DNA of 44,544 nucleotides from an uncultured delta proteobacterium (GTDB lineage Bacteria; Myxococcota_A; Bradymonadia; REDH01): NCBI GenBank assembly GCA_903873545.1, contig CAIQPA010000291.1, positions 1 to 44,544 of the forward strand, read 5' to 3'. Shown piece by piece: positions 43,901 to 44,544 of this stretch (position 1 is its first letter; each line of letters starts with the position of its first letter). The notes under the pieces were generated by a model. It saw only the letters and a program-made list of their open reading frames with translations, ran no database searches and was not told where the DNA came from. The position numbers and the translations under genes were made by a program.

Positions 43901-44544
43901 CGCGGGCGGTTCGCTTCGGCGGTGAGCAGGTCGATGATGCAGTCCGGCCGCTCAAGCGCGTCGAGGCCCAGCAGGAGCTCGTAGGAGCGTCCGTGGGAGA
44001 CAAGGGCGAGGAGGGCGGCAAGGTGTTCTTCGGCGCCTGCGAGTTCGTCGACTGCGACGAGCGCAGAGGCGGTCATGAGGTTGCCGAGCGCGTCTGTTGG
44101 CGCGAGCGGCTCGAGGCGGGTTGTGGGCTCGCCCGTGATGCGTGGGAAGAGGAGCCAGTCGGGGTATCCGAGCGAGGCGCGGATTGCGCCAGGAAAGAGC
44201 AGGGCGGCCGGGTAGCTGCTCTTTCCGCTTTCGGCGGCCGCCGGGTTGGGGTGGCGCGCGGTGAGTCCGGCGAAGGCCTTCGCGGTCTTTGGCGAGAGGT
44301 TGAGGGGCTTGGGGAGTCCCCAAATGCAGCGGGCCGCGGGGTCGATGTAGAGGGTGTCGTCGCCCGCCAGCAGGCCTCCGCGCCGGAGCAGCGACAGGGT
44401 GGTGGTGGTCTTTCCGTGAGCGGCATCGCCGGCGACGAGGAGGGTGCCGAGGCCATCGAGCGAGACGAGGCCGGCGTGGAGGTGGAAGCGGTGGCGGAGG
44501 CGAAGCGCGACGGCGAGCGCGATGAGCAGGGTCGCGCTGCTGAA
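43897..44544 (-). CDS. HPr kinase-like P-loop protein (3' end inside the window, 5' end beyond the right edge)
   Basis: Absent from the ORF track because it is open at the window edge. Hand translation of the minus strand stays open for 215 codons: ...LGTLLVAGDAAHGKTTTTLSLLRRGGLLAGDDTLYID...LLLGLDALERPDCIIDLLTAEANRPR*. GDAAHGKT is a GxxxxGKT Walker A followed by GxLLAGDD, as in the HprK C-terminal domain. The stop shares CTAG with the PqqD gene. Confidence 0.65.
   Translation of the reverse strand, partial: FSSATLLIALAVALRLRHRFHLHAGLVSLDGLGTLLVAGDAAHGKTTTTLSLLRRGGLLAGDDTLYIDPAARCIWGLPKPLNLSPKTAKAFAGLTARHPNPAAAESGKSSYPAALLFPGAIRASLGYPDWLLFPRITGEPTTRLEPLAPTDALGNLMTASALVAVDELAGAEEHLAALLALVSHGRSYELLLGLDALERPDCIIDLLTAEANRPR

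Noticed and set aside
39948-44544. Reading the right-hand cluster as a conventional lasso peptide cluster
   Set aside because: The predicted core has no Asp/Glu and starts with Phe, and no asparagine-synthetase-like cyclase is present in the window. A cyclase beyond 44544 cannot be excluded.

Overview
High-GC, GC3-rich bacterial chromosome segment with no rRNA, tRNA, CRISPR array, transposase or integrase that I can recognise. It has four blocks. (1) 1-14.2 kb holds glycan and protein-glycosylation genes, mostly minus-strand and translationally coupled: a DUF2079-like membrane protein, GT4, a long HAD hydrolase, a TMTC-like GT-C/TPR protein, an ALG5/DPM1-like GT2, a SAM methyltransferase, two orphan polytopic membrane proteins, and an SDR with an Ala/Lys/Pro repeat extension. 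(2) 14.2-28.6 kb is a type IV pilus locus in the order known from Myxococcus xanthus: pilB-pilT-pilC-pilS-pilR, then pilins, then an ABC transporter. Here it carries three pilin genes. Two are near-identical tandem pilA paralogues, each with its own sigma54-type promoter and terminator. An SDR plus a DegT aminotransferase sit between the pilins and the ABC transporter. (3) 28.6-39.8 kb holds two DUF2723/TMEM260-like GT-C proteins around a second DegT, then housekeeping genes (proB, thiolase, Mrp/ApbC) and an ABC-2 transporter. (4) 39.9-44.5 kb is the most unusual part, a compact RiPP-like cluster. Its short precursor ORF fits the lasso-peptide leader motif YxxPxLxxxGxxxxxTx, but the predicted core FSGGGVSAGGLTASG has no Asp/Glu. 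The cluster continues with an intrinsic terminator, a Cys-rich beta-propeller lipoprotein, a radical SAM enzyme with a C-terminal Cys cluster, a lasso B2-type cysteine protease, a PqqD-type RRE and a convergent HPr-kinase-like P-loop protein. No lasso cyclase is visible. Many long ORFs in the supplied track are antisense shadows of real genes, as expected at this GC content. Two real genes that run off the window edges are absent from the track, and I translated them by hand. All family assignments rest on motifs read by eye, with no searches run.
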